Below the pieces are notes generated by a model. That model was not told the DNA's origin and did no database searches. It saw only the letters and a program-made list of their open reading frames with translations. 64,000 bases of DNA from Bacteroidota bacterium (lineage in GTDB: Bacteria > Bacteroidota > Ignavibacteria > Ignavibacteriales > Melioribacteraceae), in the NCBI GenBank assembly GCA_018829205.1, contig JAHJUE010000014.1, positions 78,069 through 142,068 on the forward strand. Reading direction: 5' to 3'. Within the stretch, counting starts at the first letter, position 1. Each line of letters opens with the position of its first letter. A program made the position numbers and the translations under genes. Shown piece by piece: positions 1 to 9,379 of this stretch.

Positions 1-1
1 A

Positions 2-1129
2 GCGGGAGCTTTCTGGTATTGCACAAAATACCCCGGGGATATCGACGAATATATTTATCAGCCGACCGATTTCCTAATGAGCATTTTTAACGCTTTCGAA
101 AAAAAGAAACTCGAAAAAGCTACCTTTGTTTCAAACAAAAAATTAATCGGAAATGTTGAGAATATTCTTGAACAGAAAAAAATAATCTCAATTTCCGAAC
201 CAATGGAAAAACTGAAAGTTAACCTCGATAGATATTCGGGGAGCGATATTAATATTTTAATTACAGGGCCTTCGGGAACGGGGAAAGAACTTGTAGCTTA
301 TAATATTCATTATAGAAGCAAAAGAAAATTTGAAAACTTTGTGCCGATAAACTGCGGCAGCATTCCTCATGATTTAATAGAAAGCGAATTTTTCGGATAT
401 GAAAAAGGTGCCTTTACAGGTGCAAATAGTTCTAAACAAGGCCTGTTTGAGGTAGCCGATAACGGTACCTTGTTCCTTGACGAAATTGGCGAGCTTCCTT
501 TAAATGCACAGGTGAAACTTCTAAGAGTAATTCAGGACGGTGAAATAGAAAAAATAGGGCGTACCAAAAGCATAAAAGTTAACGTAAGAATTATTGCGGC
601 AACCAATAAAAATCTTGAAAACGAAGTGCGCGAAAAAAGATTTAGAGAAGATTTATATTATCGCTTAAATGTTGTGCCTATTCATCTCCTTCCTTTAAAG
701 GAAAGACTTGCCGATATTAATCATTTAATGAAACATTTTTTGGAAGTTTACAGTCTTGATGTAGGTAAACCAACACCTAAAATTGATAAGGATGTATTGG
801 AATTATTCGAAAATTATGACTGGCCGGGAAATGTTAGGGAATTAAAAAATGTAGCGCAGAGATTAATTTTTAATTGTTACAATGAAATTACAATGGAGGA
901 TTTGGAAAACGTCCTCATCATTAAAAAAGAAAACCCGCAGAATACTAATCTCCTCGATTTTTCTAAACAGAGTAAAATATTACCGCTTAAATTAATGGAG
1001 CAGAATTTTAGAAAAAGTTACTTCATTTTTGTCCGTGAAAACTCAGAGTCCGATGCCGATGCCGCAGTAAAACTCGGATTAGCGCCCCCTAACTTCCATA
1101 GAATGTGTAAAGAGCTTGGATTAAAGTAG
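2..1129 (+). CDS. Sigma-54-dependent transcriptional activator (AAA+ EBP with C-terminal Fis-type HTH), 5'-partial
   Basis: Walker A GPSGTGKE, the sigma-54 contact loop GAFTGA (EKGAFTGA), Walker [21 protein letters not shown] and PLKER motifs. I checked that the reading frame stays open back to the window edge with no stop between 2 and 76, so the sensor domain probably lies upstream of the window. Confidence 0.85.
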   Translation, partial: AGAFWYCTKYPGDIDEYIYQPTDFLMSIFNAFEKKKLEKATFVSNKKLIGNVENILEQKKIISISEPMEKLKVNLDRYSGSDINILITGPSGTGKELVAYNIHYRSKRKFENFVPINCGSIPHDLIESEFFGYEKGAFTGANSSKQGLFEVADNGTLFLDEIGELPLNAQVKLLRVIQDGEIEKIGRTKSIKVNVRIIAATNKNLENEVREKRFREDLYYRLNVVPIHLLPLKERLADINHLMKHFLEVYSLDVGKPTPKIDKDVLELFENYDWPGNVRELKNVAQRLIFNCYNEITMEDLENVLIIKKENPQNTNLLDFSKQSKILPLKLMEQNFRKSYFIFVRENSESDADAAVKLGLAPPNFHRMCKELGLK

Positions 1130-1224
1130 TTATTCTTTTGATAATTATTTTAATGCAGTGTTATCATTTTAATAATTAATTTTATTTTTATCCCTATAAT
1201 TATTCAAATACAATACACATTTTC

Positions 1225-1240
1225 TGGTGTGAAATTTGCA
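1225..1240 (+). promoter_or_regulatory. Candidate sigma-54 (-24/-12) promoter TGGTGTGAAATTTGCA
   Basis: Matches TGGCACG-N4-TTGCW at the invariant GG and GC with exact spacing. It lies 34 nt upstream of the ATG at 1274 and directly downstream of a sigma-54 activator gene. Confidence 0.55.
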
Positions 1241-1273
1241 CTTATATATAAAATTATATTTAAAAAGGACATT

Positions 1274-3262
1274 ATGAAATTCACTTCTAAGATTTTTATC
1301 TATTGCCTGCTTTTAAACACATTTGCCTTATCAAAAGGTTTTCTTAAAACTCAAAACACAAAAATAGTTAATGGAAATGGGGAAGAAGTTCTGCTCAGAG
1401 GTATTGGTTTAGGCGGATGGCTTTTGCAGGAAGGTTATATGATTAAAACTTCCGCATTCGCAAATGCAGAACACCAAATCAGAAAAAACATTGAAAATCT
1501 TATCGGTGCCGCCAAAACAGATGAATTTTACTCCAAGTATCATGAAAATTTTATTACAAGAGAAGATATTGATTCAATAGCAAGCTGGGGATTTAATTCT
1601 ATCAGACTTCCGATGCATTATAATAAACTGACCCCCGAAGATCAGCCTTATGTTTATACAGAAGAAGGATTCCTAACCATCGATACACTTTTATCATGGT
1701 GTAAGGCAAATGAAATTTATCTTATTCTTGATCTTCATGCGGCGCCGGGCGGACAAAGTGACGAACCGATTAGCGATTATGACCCTTCCAAACCATCATT
1801 ATGGGAAAGCGACTTGAATAAACAAAGAACAGTTGATCTTTGGAAAAAACTTGCCCAAAGATATGTTGATGAAGAATGGATTGGCGGATATGATTTAATA
1901 AATGAGCCTAAATGGAATCTGGGCGCAAACAATGAACCTTTGCGTGAATTGTATATTCAAATTACAGACGCGATTAGAGACATTGATACTAATCATATAA
2001 TTTTTATTGAAGGGAATTGGTTCGCTACCAATTTTACAGGACTTACACCGCCGTGGGACAATAACATGTGTTATAGTTTTCATAAGTACTGGAATGAAAA
2101 TTCGCAGGCGTCAATACAAGGTTACCTGAATCTTAGGAATTATAATGTCCCTTTGTGGAACGGCGAGAGCGGGGAAAATTCTAATCAGTGGTTCGCCGAA
2201 AGCATTAAACTTATGGAAGATAATAATGTCGGATGGGCTTGGTGGACGCATAAAAAAATTGACAATATTGCCGGTCCGTTGTCAGCGGTTAAACTTCCTC
2301 AGTACCAGCAGCTTCTGGATTACTGGAGCGGAACAGGCAGCAAACCTAGTGAATCATTCGCTTACGCTGCATTATTAGCGCAGGCAGATAAATTAAAAAT
2401 TTCACAGTGCGAATTTCATCCCGATATGATTGATGCTATGTTCAGACAAGTTAAGGATAATACTTCAGTCCCGTATAAAAAAAATAATATACCCGGAAGA
2501 ATTTATATGGTTAATTATGATATGGGACAAAACGGTGTCGCATATAGCGATTCTGAAAATCAGAATTCAACCGGCAGCCCGGGCGGACAAGCATGGAATA
2601 ACGGAGGAGTTTATAGAAACGACGGAGTTGATATTGAGAGATGCAGCGATAATTTTACAAATGGTTATAATGTCGGTTGGATTGAATCTGGCGAATGGCT
2701 GAAATTTACCGTTGATATTGAAATTGCGGGGGTTTATTCGGCAAGTATAAGATTAGCATGCGCAAATCCCGGAGGAAAAATTTCTTTGAATCTGGAAGAC
2801 AGGGCGCTTGGCAAATTAATTGACGTTCCCGTTACAGGCGGCTGGCAGAATTGGCAGACTGTTATTTTGGATAATGTAGAACTTCCCGCGGGAAGACATG
2901 AGCTTAGCGTAAAATTTTATTTCGGCGGGTTTAATATTAATTTTATTGAATTCTTTCCTAATACGGTTGGAATTATTGAAAATAAAAAAGTTCCTGATTC
3001 ATTTGAATTGCAGCAGAACACTCCAAACCCGTTTAATAATTCCACTGTCATCCGTTACAGTATCCCGGAAGATTCGATTGTAAGTCTTAACGTTTATTCA
3101 TTAACAGGCGAACTGGTTGATAACTTGATATCGGAATTTCAGCAAAGCGGAAATTACACATTAAACTGGGATACAAAAAATATTAACTCCGGTGTTTATT
3201 TTTATAGAATTAGTACATCTACCGGATTTGAAAAGACAAAAAAAGCAGTGTTATTAAAGTAG
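1274..3262 (+). CDS. GH5 endo-beta-glucanase (cellulase family) with a CBM6-like module and a T9SS C-terminal sorting domain
   Basis: GH5 motifs GFNSIRLPMHY, acid/base DLINEP, nucleophile WNGESGE. CBM6-like segment GWIESGEWLKFTV...TGGWQNWQT...FNINFIEF. CTD PNPFNNSTVIRYSIP...GVYFYRI. I moved the start from the track GTG at 1229 to the ATG at 1274 (MKFTSKIFIYCLL signal peptide) because 1229 sits inside the sigma-54 promoter. Confidence 0.85.
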   Translation: MKFTSKIFIYCLLLNTFALSKGFLKTQNTKIVNGNGEEVLLRGIGLGGWLLQEGYMIKTSAFANAEHQIRKNIENLIGAAKTDEFYSKYHENFITREDIDSIASWGFNSIRLPMHYNKLTPEDQPYVYTEEGFLTIDTLLSWCKANEIYLILDLHAAPGGQSDEPISDYDPSKPSLWESDLNKQRTVDLWKKLAQRYVDEEWIGGYDLINEPKWNLGANNEPLRELYIQITDAIRDIDTNHIIFIEGNWFATNFTGLTPPWDNNMCYSFHKYWNENSQASIQGYLNLRNYNVPLWNGESGENSNQWFAESIKLMEDNNVGWAWWTHKKIDNIAGPLSAVKLPQYQQLLDYWSGTGSKPSESFAYAALLAQADKLKISQCEFHPDMIDAMFRQVKDNTSVPYKKNNIPGRIYMVNYDMGQNGVAYSDSENQNSTGSPGGQAWNNGGVYRNDGVDIERCSDNFTNGYNVGWIESGEWLKFTVDIEIAGVYSASIRLACANPGGKISLNLEDRALGKLIDVPVTGGWQNWQTVILDNVELPAGRHELSVKFYFGGFNINFIEFFPNTVGIIENKKVPDSFELQQNTPNPFNNSTVIRYSIPEDSIVSLNVYSLTGELVDNLISEFQQSGNYTLNWDTKNINSGVYFYRISTSTGFEKTKKAVLLK

Positions 3263-3314
3263 CGTTTTAATTTTTATAAATTATTATTCAAAATAGTTTA
3301 AATACGAGAAAAAT

Positions 3315-5672
3315 ATGCGCGGAATTGAAAATAATAAAACTCTATTTCCACTATTAATTATTATTGTTTTATTTTTTTGCCATGATTTAATTTATTCGCA
3401 GTCGGCTGATATCGACGCTACATTAAAACTAATAAATATTAATGGAGTACAAATACCCTATCAAAACGATATGCCTGTTCCGTCATTTGAAAAACAGAAT
3501 AGGAAAGTTGTAAACCTGAAGGGTACATGGAAAAAGCAGCGTTTTTCTGCTGATCATAATTTATCTCTTTCACGCCGTGATGAAGCGGGTTATAATAGTT
3601 TGATTACCGAAGCCGATGGAAGAAACCTAGTTTCTTATGACGACAGTGCGTGGGAAAATAAATTAATTCCTTCGGTTGAAAATTCTATGAATATATATCC
3701 TTCCGTGCCTGAATATTATCAGGACGGAGTATGGTACAGATATAAATTCAATGCTGGCGATTCGCTTAGCGGTAAATTTGTAAAACTTATCTTTTATTCC
3801 GTTAATTATCTGGCCGATGTCTGGTTAAATGATACTTATTTGGGATATCATGAAGGAGGTTTCACTCCATTCGCTTTTGATGTATCTTCCATTCTTATAA
3901 ATAACGGAGAAAATACAATTGCGGTGCGTGTTGATAATCCCGCGTGGGGTTCACGAAAAGATATAGTTCCTTTCTATCCGTGCGATTGGTTTAATTATAC
4001 TGGAATAATTCACGACGTTTATCTTGAAATCTCTGATAATATATCCATATTAAGAGCTGATATTGTTCCGTTAAATTCCGACGGGGATTTTAAAACTACA
4101 ATAGTTGTAGGTAATAATAATAATTCCGCAAAAAATGTATCGGTTGATTTTAATGTTTACGAGGCGGATATAAATGAATTAAACATCAAATCAGATAATG
4201 CTTTTGATATAATAGGGAACGAAGTGCCGTTCGCGAGTTTGACTAAAATTTCAAACCTTGATGTGCCTGCCGATTCAATAAATGTAATTTTAGCTGATTT
4301 AAAAATTTCATCTCCAAAATTATGGTCTCCGCAATTTCCAAACTTGTATGTTTTTAAAATTACGGTGAAAGAAAACGGAGTTATAAAAGACGAATATTTT
4401 ACCCAGTTTGGTATTAGACATATAAAAACCGAAGGCAATAAAGTATTGCTGAACGGAAAGGTTGTGTTTTTTACAGGCGTGGCCAGACATGAAGATCACC
4501 CTGATTATGGAAGAAGTCTGCCGAAAGAAATTATTTATAATGATCTCAAACAGATAAATCAGTCAAATATTAATTTTCTTAGATCAGGGCATTATCCAAA
4601 CCATCCTTATACATATTTAATTGCTGACCGATTAGGTTTGGCTGTTATGGAAGAAATTCCTGTATGGTGGTTCGATAATGAATTGGAATGGGATATCCAA
4701 AACAATAACCGTCACATTCATGAACAAATGTTCCGCGAAATGGTATTTAAAGATTATAACAGGCCTTCTATTTTAATTTGGAGTACTTCTAACGAATGCA
4801 AGGAAGAGACCAATAGATTAATCTTTAATGAAAGAATTAAGAATGATATAATTCAAAATTATAACGACCGTAGATTAATTTCACAGTCTTCTGCAGGGGA
4901 TAAACCCGGTAATGCAGATATCACTCAGAATCCTCTTGATGTTGCCGGATGGACATTGTATTTCGGTATATTCCACGGAAGTACTTATTGGGCAGGCACA
5001 ACAAATTTTCTTGTACAAGCCAAAAATAATTTCCCGGATAAACCTCTCCTTGACACGGAATTCGGTTACTGGTCTTCAGAAAACGGATCAAGTTCTTCAA
5101 CACAGGTTACTGTTTTTGACGAGACTTTCAGAGCACTTAAATTTTTCAGTCCGTTGAAAGAAAACGGTACTATTAATCAATCGGGATGCCTGATGGGTGT
5201 AACCTGGTGGTGTTTTTACGACTGGTATACACATCAGCAGAAAAACGGTTTCCAGAGTATGGGATTAATAGGAATGGATAGATTAACCGAAAAACCTGTG
5301 TACAATAAACTTGTCAACGGATACGCACCCTATTTTAATAACGGGGGAATGGTAACAACAGGGATTGAAGAAAAAAAAAACTTTCTCCCGGAAAATTATA
5401 AACTGAATCAGAATTACCCGAATCCGTTTAATCCTAATACTGTAATTGAATTCTCTTTGCCGTATCAAAGTTCTGTAATTATTGAATTATATAATTTGAT
5501 TGGTGAACGGATTCAAACTCTTGCCGAAGGAATTTATTCCGGGGGATTTCATAAAGTGATATTTGAAAGCTCAAATATTTCAAGCGGCGTATATTTTTAT
5601 TCTATGAGAGTTAATTCAGAAAAATCTGAAAATGTTTTTTATTCTGTTAAAAAAATGATAGTTCTTAAATAA
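3315..5672 (+). CDS. GH2 family glycosidase (beta-galactosidase/mannosidase/glucuronidase-like) with a T9SS C-terminal domain
   Basis: GH2 TIM-barrel signature NFLRSGHYPNHPYTYLIADRLGLAVMEEIP, acid/base region WSTSNEC, sugar-binding-domain motif VWLNDTYLGYHEGGFTPFAFDV. CTD NYPNPFNPNTVIEFSLP...GVYFYSM. Confidence 0.8.
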   Translation: MRGIENNKTLFPLLIIIVLFFCHDLIYSQSADIDATLKLININGVQIPYQNDMPVPSFEKQNRKVVNLKGTWKKQRFSADHNLSLSRRDEAGYNSLITEADGRNLVSYDDSAWENKLIPSVENSMNIYPSVPEYYQDGVWYRYKFNAGDSLSGKFVKLIFYSVNYLADVWLNDTYLGYHEGGFTPFAFDVSSILINNGENTIAVRVDNPAWGSRKDIVPFYPCDWFNYTGIIHDVYLEISDNISILRADIVPLNSDGDFKTTIVVGNNNNSAKNVSVDFNVYEADINELNIKSDNAFDIIGNEVPFASLTKISNLDVPADSINVILADLKISSPKLWSPQFPNLYVFKITVKENGVIKDEYFTQFGIRHIKTEGNKVLLNGKVVFFTGVARHEDHPDYGRSLPKEIIYNDLKQINQSNINFLRSGHYPNHPYTYLIADRLGLAVMEEIPVWWFDNELEWDIQNNNRHIHEQMFREMVFKDYNRPSILIWSTSNECKEETNRLIFNERIKNDIIQNYNDRRLISQSSAGDKPGNADITQNPLDVAGWTLYFGIFHGSTYWAGTTNFLVQAKNNFPDKPLLDTEFGYWSSENGSSSSTQVTVFDETFRALKFFSPLKENGTINQSGCLMGVTWWCFYDWYTHQQKNGFQSMGLIGMDRLTEKPVYNKLVNGYAPYFNNGGMVTTGIEEKKNFLPENYKLNQNYPNPFNPNTVIEFSLPYQSSVIIELYNLIGERIQTLAEGIYSGGFHKVIFESSNISSGVYFYSMRVNSEKSENVFYSVKKMIVLK

Positions 5673-5719
5673 AAATTACAGATATTTAATAACTCCAAAA
5701 AAATGAAACCAGAATAATT

Positions 5720-7603
5720 GTGCATAAAAGAAAAATTAAACAAACTGATAAAAAATATTCGGCCTGGTTTTATTTTGTAATGTTTCTTATTCCTTTTCTT
5801 ATACTGATTATTCTGGAGACCGGGTTAAGATTTTTTAATTACGGAAAAGACTATACCGTATTTGTTAAAATATCAGATCAATTCGAAAACCTGTTATTTT
5901 TTAATCCGGTTTTGCCTCAAAAATATTTCAGTTCTTCTCTGCCTATTCCTTCTGTTATTCCGGACGGATTCGATAAAATTAAAAAAGAAAATACATTTAG
6001 AATATTTGTTATGGGGGGCAGCAGCGCGGCCGGATTTCCTTATCCGCCTAACGCCTCATTTCCCAGGTTCTTAAAAAGAAAACTTCAGCTAGTTTATCCG
6101 GAAAATAAAATTGAAGTAATAAACCTTGGCGTATCCGCTGTTAATTCAATTTTTATTAGAGATATTCTAAATGATGTAATTGATCAGTCGCCGGATCTGA
6201 TAATATTTTATACCGGACATAATGAGTACTATGGTGCTTATGGCGCTGCTTCAAATGATTTAAAAGGTTATTCACCAACATTAACTCGTTTCACATTATT
6301 TTTAAAACATTATAAAGTATATCAGCTGATTCTAAATATTATTGAATATGTAAACACTTCACTTGATAATGATAAAATTGAAGAAAACAACAAAACTCTT
6401 ATGGCTTCTATGGTCGGAGATAGTAAGGTTGAATTAGATTCTAAAATTTATAATAACGGTCTTGAACAATTCGGTGAGAATTTTGATTTTATATTGAAAG
6501 AATGCATAAGTAATAAAATAAATGTTTTAACAGCTACGTTAACATCAAACATGAAACAGAAACCTCTTATCGGGATATCAGATATAAATCATATTTCAAA
6601 TAAAATATTTCTGGACGCTGAGACTAATTTAACTGAAGGAAATTTTGATAAAGCAGCAATGCAATTTTCAAAAGCAATTGATCATGATGCGGTAATGTTC
6701 AGAGCTCCCTCGGCTGTAAATGAAATTATAAAAAAAATATCGCTTACTTATAATTACTCAATTGTTGATATTGATTCTGTATTTAAATCAGTTGGTGAAA
6801 ATGGCATGCCGGGTTATGATTTATTTGTTGATCATCTTCATCCAAATATCCGCGGGAATAAAATTATTGCCGATGAATTTTATAACAAAATAAAATCAAC
6901 TGCCGATCTGAATAAAAATAATAATTATGAGAACAGGGAAACGGAAATCGAAAATTATCTAAATCAAGAATTCCCGTTTTCAAGGTTTGATTCTACTTAT
7001 TCCCAAATAAAAATTGAGCTACTTCTAAATTCATATCCATTTAAAAGAAATTCAAATTTATCTGCGGTTTTAAATAGTTTTAAATTATATAATTTGTCCG
7101 ATTCATTGGCTCTAATGGCTGTCAAAGGGAATATAAGCTGGGAAGACGCGCATTATAAATTAGCAGAGCATTTTTACCGAGTAAATGATATTCCATCGTT
7201 TTATAAAGAAATGAACGTACTTATTGAAGATAAAACTTTTGACAAATATACATACACGGTAACTGCTGAAAAATTGATTGAAAAGAAATATTATTCTTTA
7301 AGCAAAATTGTTTTATTAAAACTATTTCATCTTTATCCTGATGAAAATTCTGCTTCAAAACTTGGTTTTTTATTCTTAGAAGAAAACAACTTTATTTCGG
7401 CAATTAGATTTTATAATGACGCTATAAAATTTAACCCTAAAAAACCCGAATATTATTTTTATTTATCCAAAGCTTACTTTAAAAATAATGAATTGCAGAA
7501 AGCTGTTTCTGCGATAGAATATTGCTTGAAATTATCGCCTAATAACCAAACCGCCAGAAAAATTTACGAAAGTTTAAAAACCTCTTCTTTTAAAAATAAA
7601 TAA
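5720..7603 (+). CDS. SGNH/GDSL-like hydrolase (putative carbohydrate esterase) with an N-terminal membrane anchor and C-terminal TPR repeats
   Basis: SGNH-like blocks FVMGGSSAAG, YTGHNEYYG and DHLHPN. One N-terminal TM helix. The C-terminal AIRFYNDAIKFNPKKPEYYFYLSKAYFKNNELQKAVSAIEYCLKLSPNN is TPR-like. GTG start. Confidence 0.6.
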   Translation: MHKRKIKQTDKKYSAWFYFVMFLIPFLILIILETGLRFFNYGKDYTVFVKISDQFENLLFFNPVLPQKYFSSSLPIPSVIPDGFDKIKKENTFRIFVMGGSSAAGFPYPPNASFPRFLKRKLQLVYPENKIEVINLGVSAVNSIFIRDILNDVIDQSPDLIIFYTGHNEYYGAYGAASNDLKGYSPTLTRFTLFLKHYKVYQLILNIIEYVNTSLDNDKIEENNKTLMASMVGDSKVELDSKIYNNGLEQFGENFDFILKECISNKINVLTATLTSNMKQKPLIGISDINHISNKIFLDAETNLTEGNFDKAAMQFSKAIDHDAVMFRAPSAVNEIIKKISLTYNYSIVDIDSVFKSVGENGMPGYDLFVDHLHPNIRGNKIIADEFYNKIKSTADLNKNNNYENRETEIENYLNQEFPFSRFDSTYSQIKIELLLNSYPFKRNSNLSAVLNSFKLYNLSDSLALMAVKGNISWEDAHYKLAEHFYRVNDIPSFYKEMNVLIEDKTFDKYTYTVTAEKLIEKKYYSLSKIVLLKLFHLYPDENSASKLGFLFLEENNFISAIRFYNDAIKFNPKKPEYYFYLSKAYFKNNELQKAVSAIEYCLKLSPNNQTARKIYESLKTSSFKNK

Positions 7604-7751
7604 ATCCGTCAGAACTTAATTTCAATAATTTTTATGAAGCTGATTATTAAAATAATAACGAGGGCTTATTTTTTTAATAACCTAACTTATTTGACCTAAC
7701 GATATTTTACATAAAACCTATCTTTTTGGTGAATATAAGTTGGCACCAAAT

Positions 7752-9341
7752 ATGAAAGAATACTCTTACAAACCAAGAGAGTATCTTTTGATAGGAAATT
7801 TAGACTTTTACGATAACCTTGTAATTTTAATTTATTTTGCCGTTGTTTTTTTGATCGGCATTATATCTGCAAGAGGAAAAGGTAAATCCGCAAAGTCCTA
7901 TTTTTTAGCAGATAAAAAAATGGGTTGGATTGCAATAGGCACATCACTTTTTGCTACCAACATTTCCAGTGAACATTTAGTCGGTTTGGCGGGCGCCAGT
8001 TCCGCTCACGGATTTAGCGTTGGGCATTTTGAATGGCTTGCCGTTTTAAGTTTATTTATGCTCGGTTGGGTTTTTGCCCCTGTGTTTATACGTGCCGATG
8101 TTTATACAATCCCGGAATTTCTCGGAAAACGATTTAATAAAAAATGCAGAACCTATCTTTCGGTTGTATCTATCTTTTCATATTTGTTCACAAAAATAGC
8201 AGTCACACTCCTTGCCGGAAGTTATTTACTTAATAAACTTTTAGGCTGGGATATGTTTATCGCCGCAATTCTTATAGTCTTATTAACGGGAATTTACACA
8301 CTTGTAGGAGGATTGTCTTCTGTAATCCGCACGCAGGTATTCCAGGCATTTGTTCTGATTCTCGGTTCATTGCTTCTTACAATTTATGGATTAAACGAAG
8401 TCGGCGGCATTTCAGCTTTAATAACAAAACTGCCGCCGGGTTATCTTACAATATTTAAACCGTTTTCCGATCCGGATTTTCCATGGACAGGTATTTTATT
8501 AGGCGCGCCTATTTTGGGAATATGGTATTGGTGTACCGATCAATATATAGTTCAGAGAATTTTAGGAGCCAAAGGAATTAAAGACGCGAAAAAAGGAACC
8601 GCTTTAGCTGCCGGTTTAAAAACTATTCCGATTCTTCTTTTAATATTTCCGGGCTTAATTTCCGCAGTACTTTATCCTGAAGTAAAAGGGGACGAAGCAT
8701 ATACATATTTAATCGCCGGGAATTTACTTCCAATTGGAATTAAAGGAATTGTAATCGCGGGAATGTTCGCCGCTTTAATGTCATCACTGGCAAGCGCCTT
8801 TAACAGTACGGCAACTCTAATTGCAATAGATTTTGTAAAAGCTAACAAACCGAATATTTCCGAAAATGAATTAATTCTAATCGGCCGACTTTCGACTATG
8901 TTAATTGTAATTATTGCAATCGGAATAATACCTGCATTAAAGATGGTTAATACACAAATGTATGTTTATCTGCAAAGTATGCAGGCTTTTATAAGTCCGC
9001 CAATTGCCAGCGTCTTTCTTATTGGAATATTTTGGAAAAAGGCAACGAGTAAAGGCGCAATATGGTCTCTAACTATTGGCGGCGTTTTAGGTCTTACAAG
9101 AATAATAATAGCTCTTTTGGATAAAAGTTTTGTAGAGGGTTCATGGCTGCTAAATATATATGCAAATGTTAACTATCTGCATTTTGCAGTACTTCTATTC
9201 TTATTCAGCACTTTTATTTTAGTGGTTGTCAGCCTAGCGGATCAGAAATCAAATTTATTTGAATATAATTTATCAATAATGGATGTAAAGGATAAAGAAC
9301 TAGGACTAATCACTCCAAGCAGCAAATTAAAAAGGGAGTAA
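7752..9341 (+). CDS. Sodium:solute symporter family (SSF/SGLT-like) sugar transporter
   Basis: Polytopic membrane protein with SSF-type motifs (YFLADKKMGWIAIGTSLFATNISSEHLVGLAG, WYWCTDQYIVQR). ATG at 7752 preferred over the track TTG at 7740. Confidence 0.85.
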   Translation: MKEYSYKPREYLLIGNLDFYDNLVILIYFAVVFLIGIISARGKGKSAKSYFLADKKMGWIAIGTSLFATNISSEHLVGLAGASSAHGFSVGHFEWLAVLSLFMLGWVFAPVFIRADVYTIPEFLGKRFNKKCRTYLSVVSIFSYLFTKIAVTLLAGSYLLNKLLGWDMFIAAILIVLLTGIYTLVGGLSSVIRTQVFQAFVLILGSLLLTIYGLNEVGGISALITKLPPGYLTIFKPFSDPDFPWTGILLGAPILGIWYWCTDQYIVQRILGAKGIKDAKKGTALAAGLKTIPILLLIFPGLISAVLYPEVKGDEAYTYLIAGNLLPIGIKGIVIAGMFAALMSSLASAFNSTATLIAIDFVKANKPNISENELILIGRLSTMLIVIIAIGIIPALKMVNTQMYVYLQSMQAFISPPIASVFLIGIFWKKATSKGAIWSLTIGGVLGLTRIIIALLDKSFVEGSWLLNIYANVNYLHFAVLLFLFSTFILVVVSLADQKSNLFEYNLSIMDVKDKELGLITPSSKLKRE

Positions 9342-9379
9342 CCATTTTTTTTTTCAAACACATAAGGGAGGAGCCTTAA

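Noticed and set aside
1229-1273. Track start codons upstream of better starts (GTG 1229, TTG 7740, GTG 11935, ATG 14650, ATG 20673, TTG 28243, TTG 31165, ATG 52659 minus, TTG 58191, TTG 60461)
   Set aside because: In each case a downstream ATG or GTG is immediately followed by a signal peptide or a conserved N-terminus, and often preceded by an AGGAG-like site. The upstream extension overlaps a promoter or hairpin, or adds non-homologous residues. The revised starts are judgement calls, not proven.
1895-2702. Short ORFs inside the GH5 gene (1895-2083 minus; 2145-2378 and 2430-2702 plus)
   Set aside because: They are embedded in or antisense to a long ORF with clear GH5/CBM6 motifs. Their translations are low-complexity with no recognisable motifs. 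The same reasoning applies to all other nested ORFs of 60-130 aa in the track: 4157-4438, 4912-5157, 4921-5103, 5283-5468, 5862-6074, 12031-12297, 12506-12784, 15602-15898, 19340-19573, 21217-21423, 21737-21970, 24303-24581, 25710-26063, 26409-26654, 27612-27861, 28164-28853, 29936-30118, 30582-30821, 31332-31583, 34173-34382, 36505-36687, 37356-37541, 37994-38212, 39866-40084, 40654-40866, 42993-43307, 43527-43802, 49314-49550, 50242-50556, 52001-52189, 52376-52585, 54125-54325, 54780-54962, 55411-55602, 57047-57445, 57703-57897, 58805-59002, 59588-59936 and 61478-61717.
7741-7754. TGGCAC immediately upstream of the SSF symporter ATG as a sigma-54 -24 element
   Set aside because: The required TTGC at the -12 position is absent (the sequence reads TGGCACCAAATATGA), and the element would overlap the start codon.
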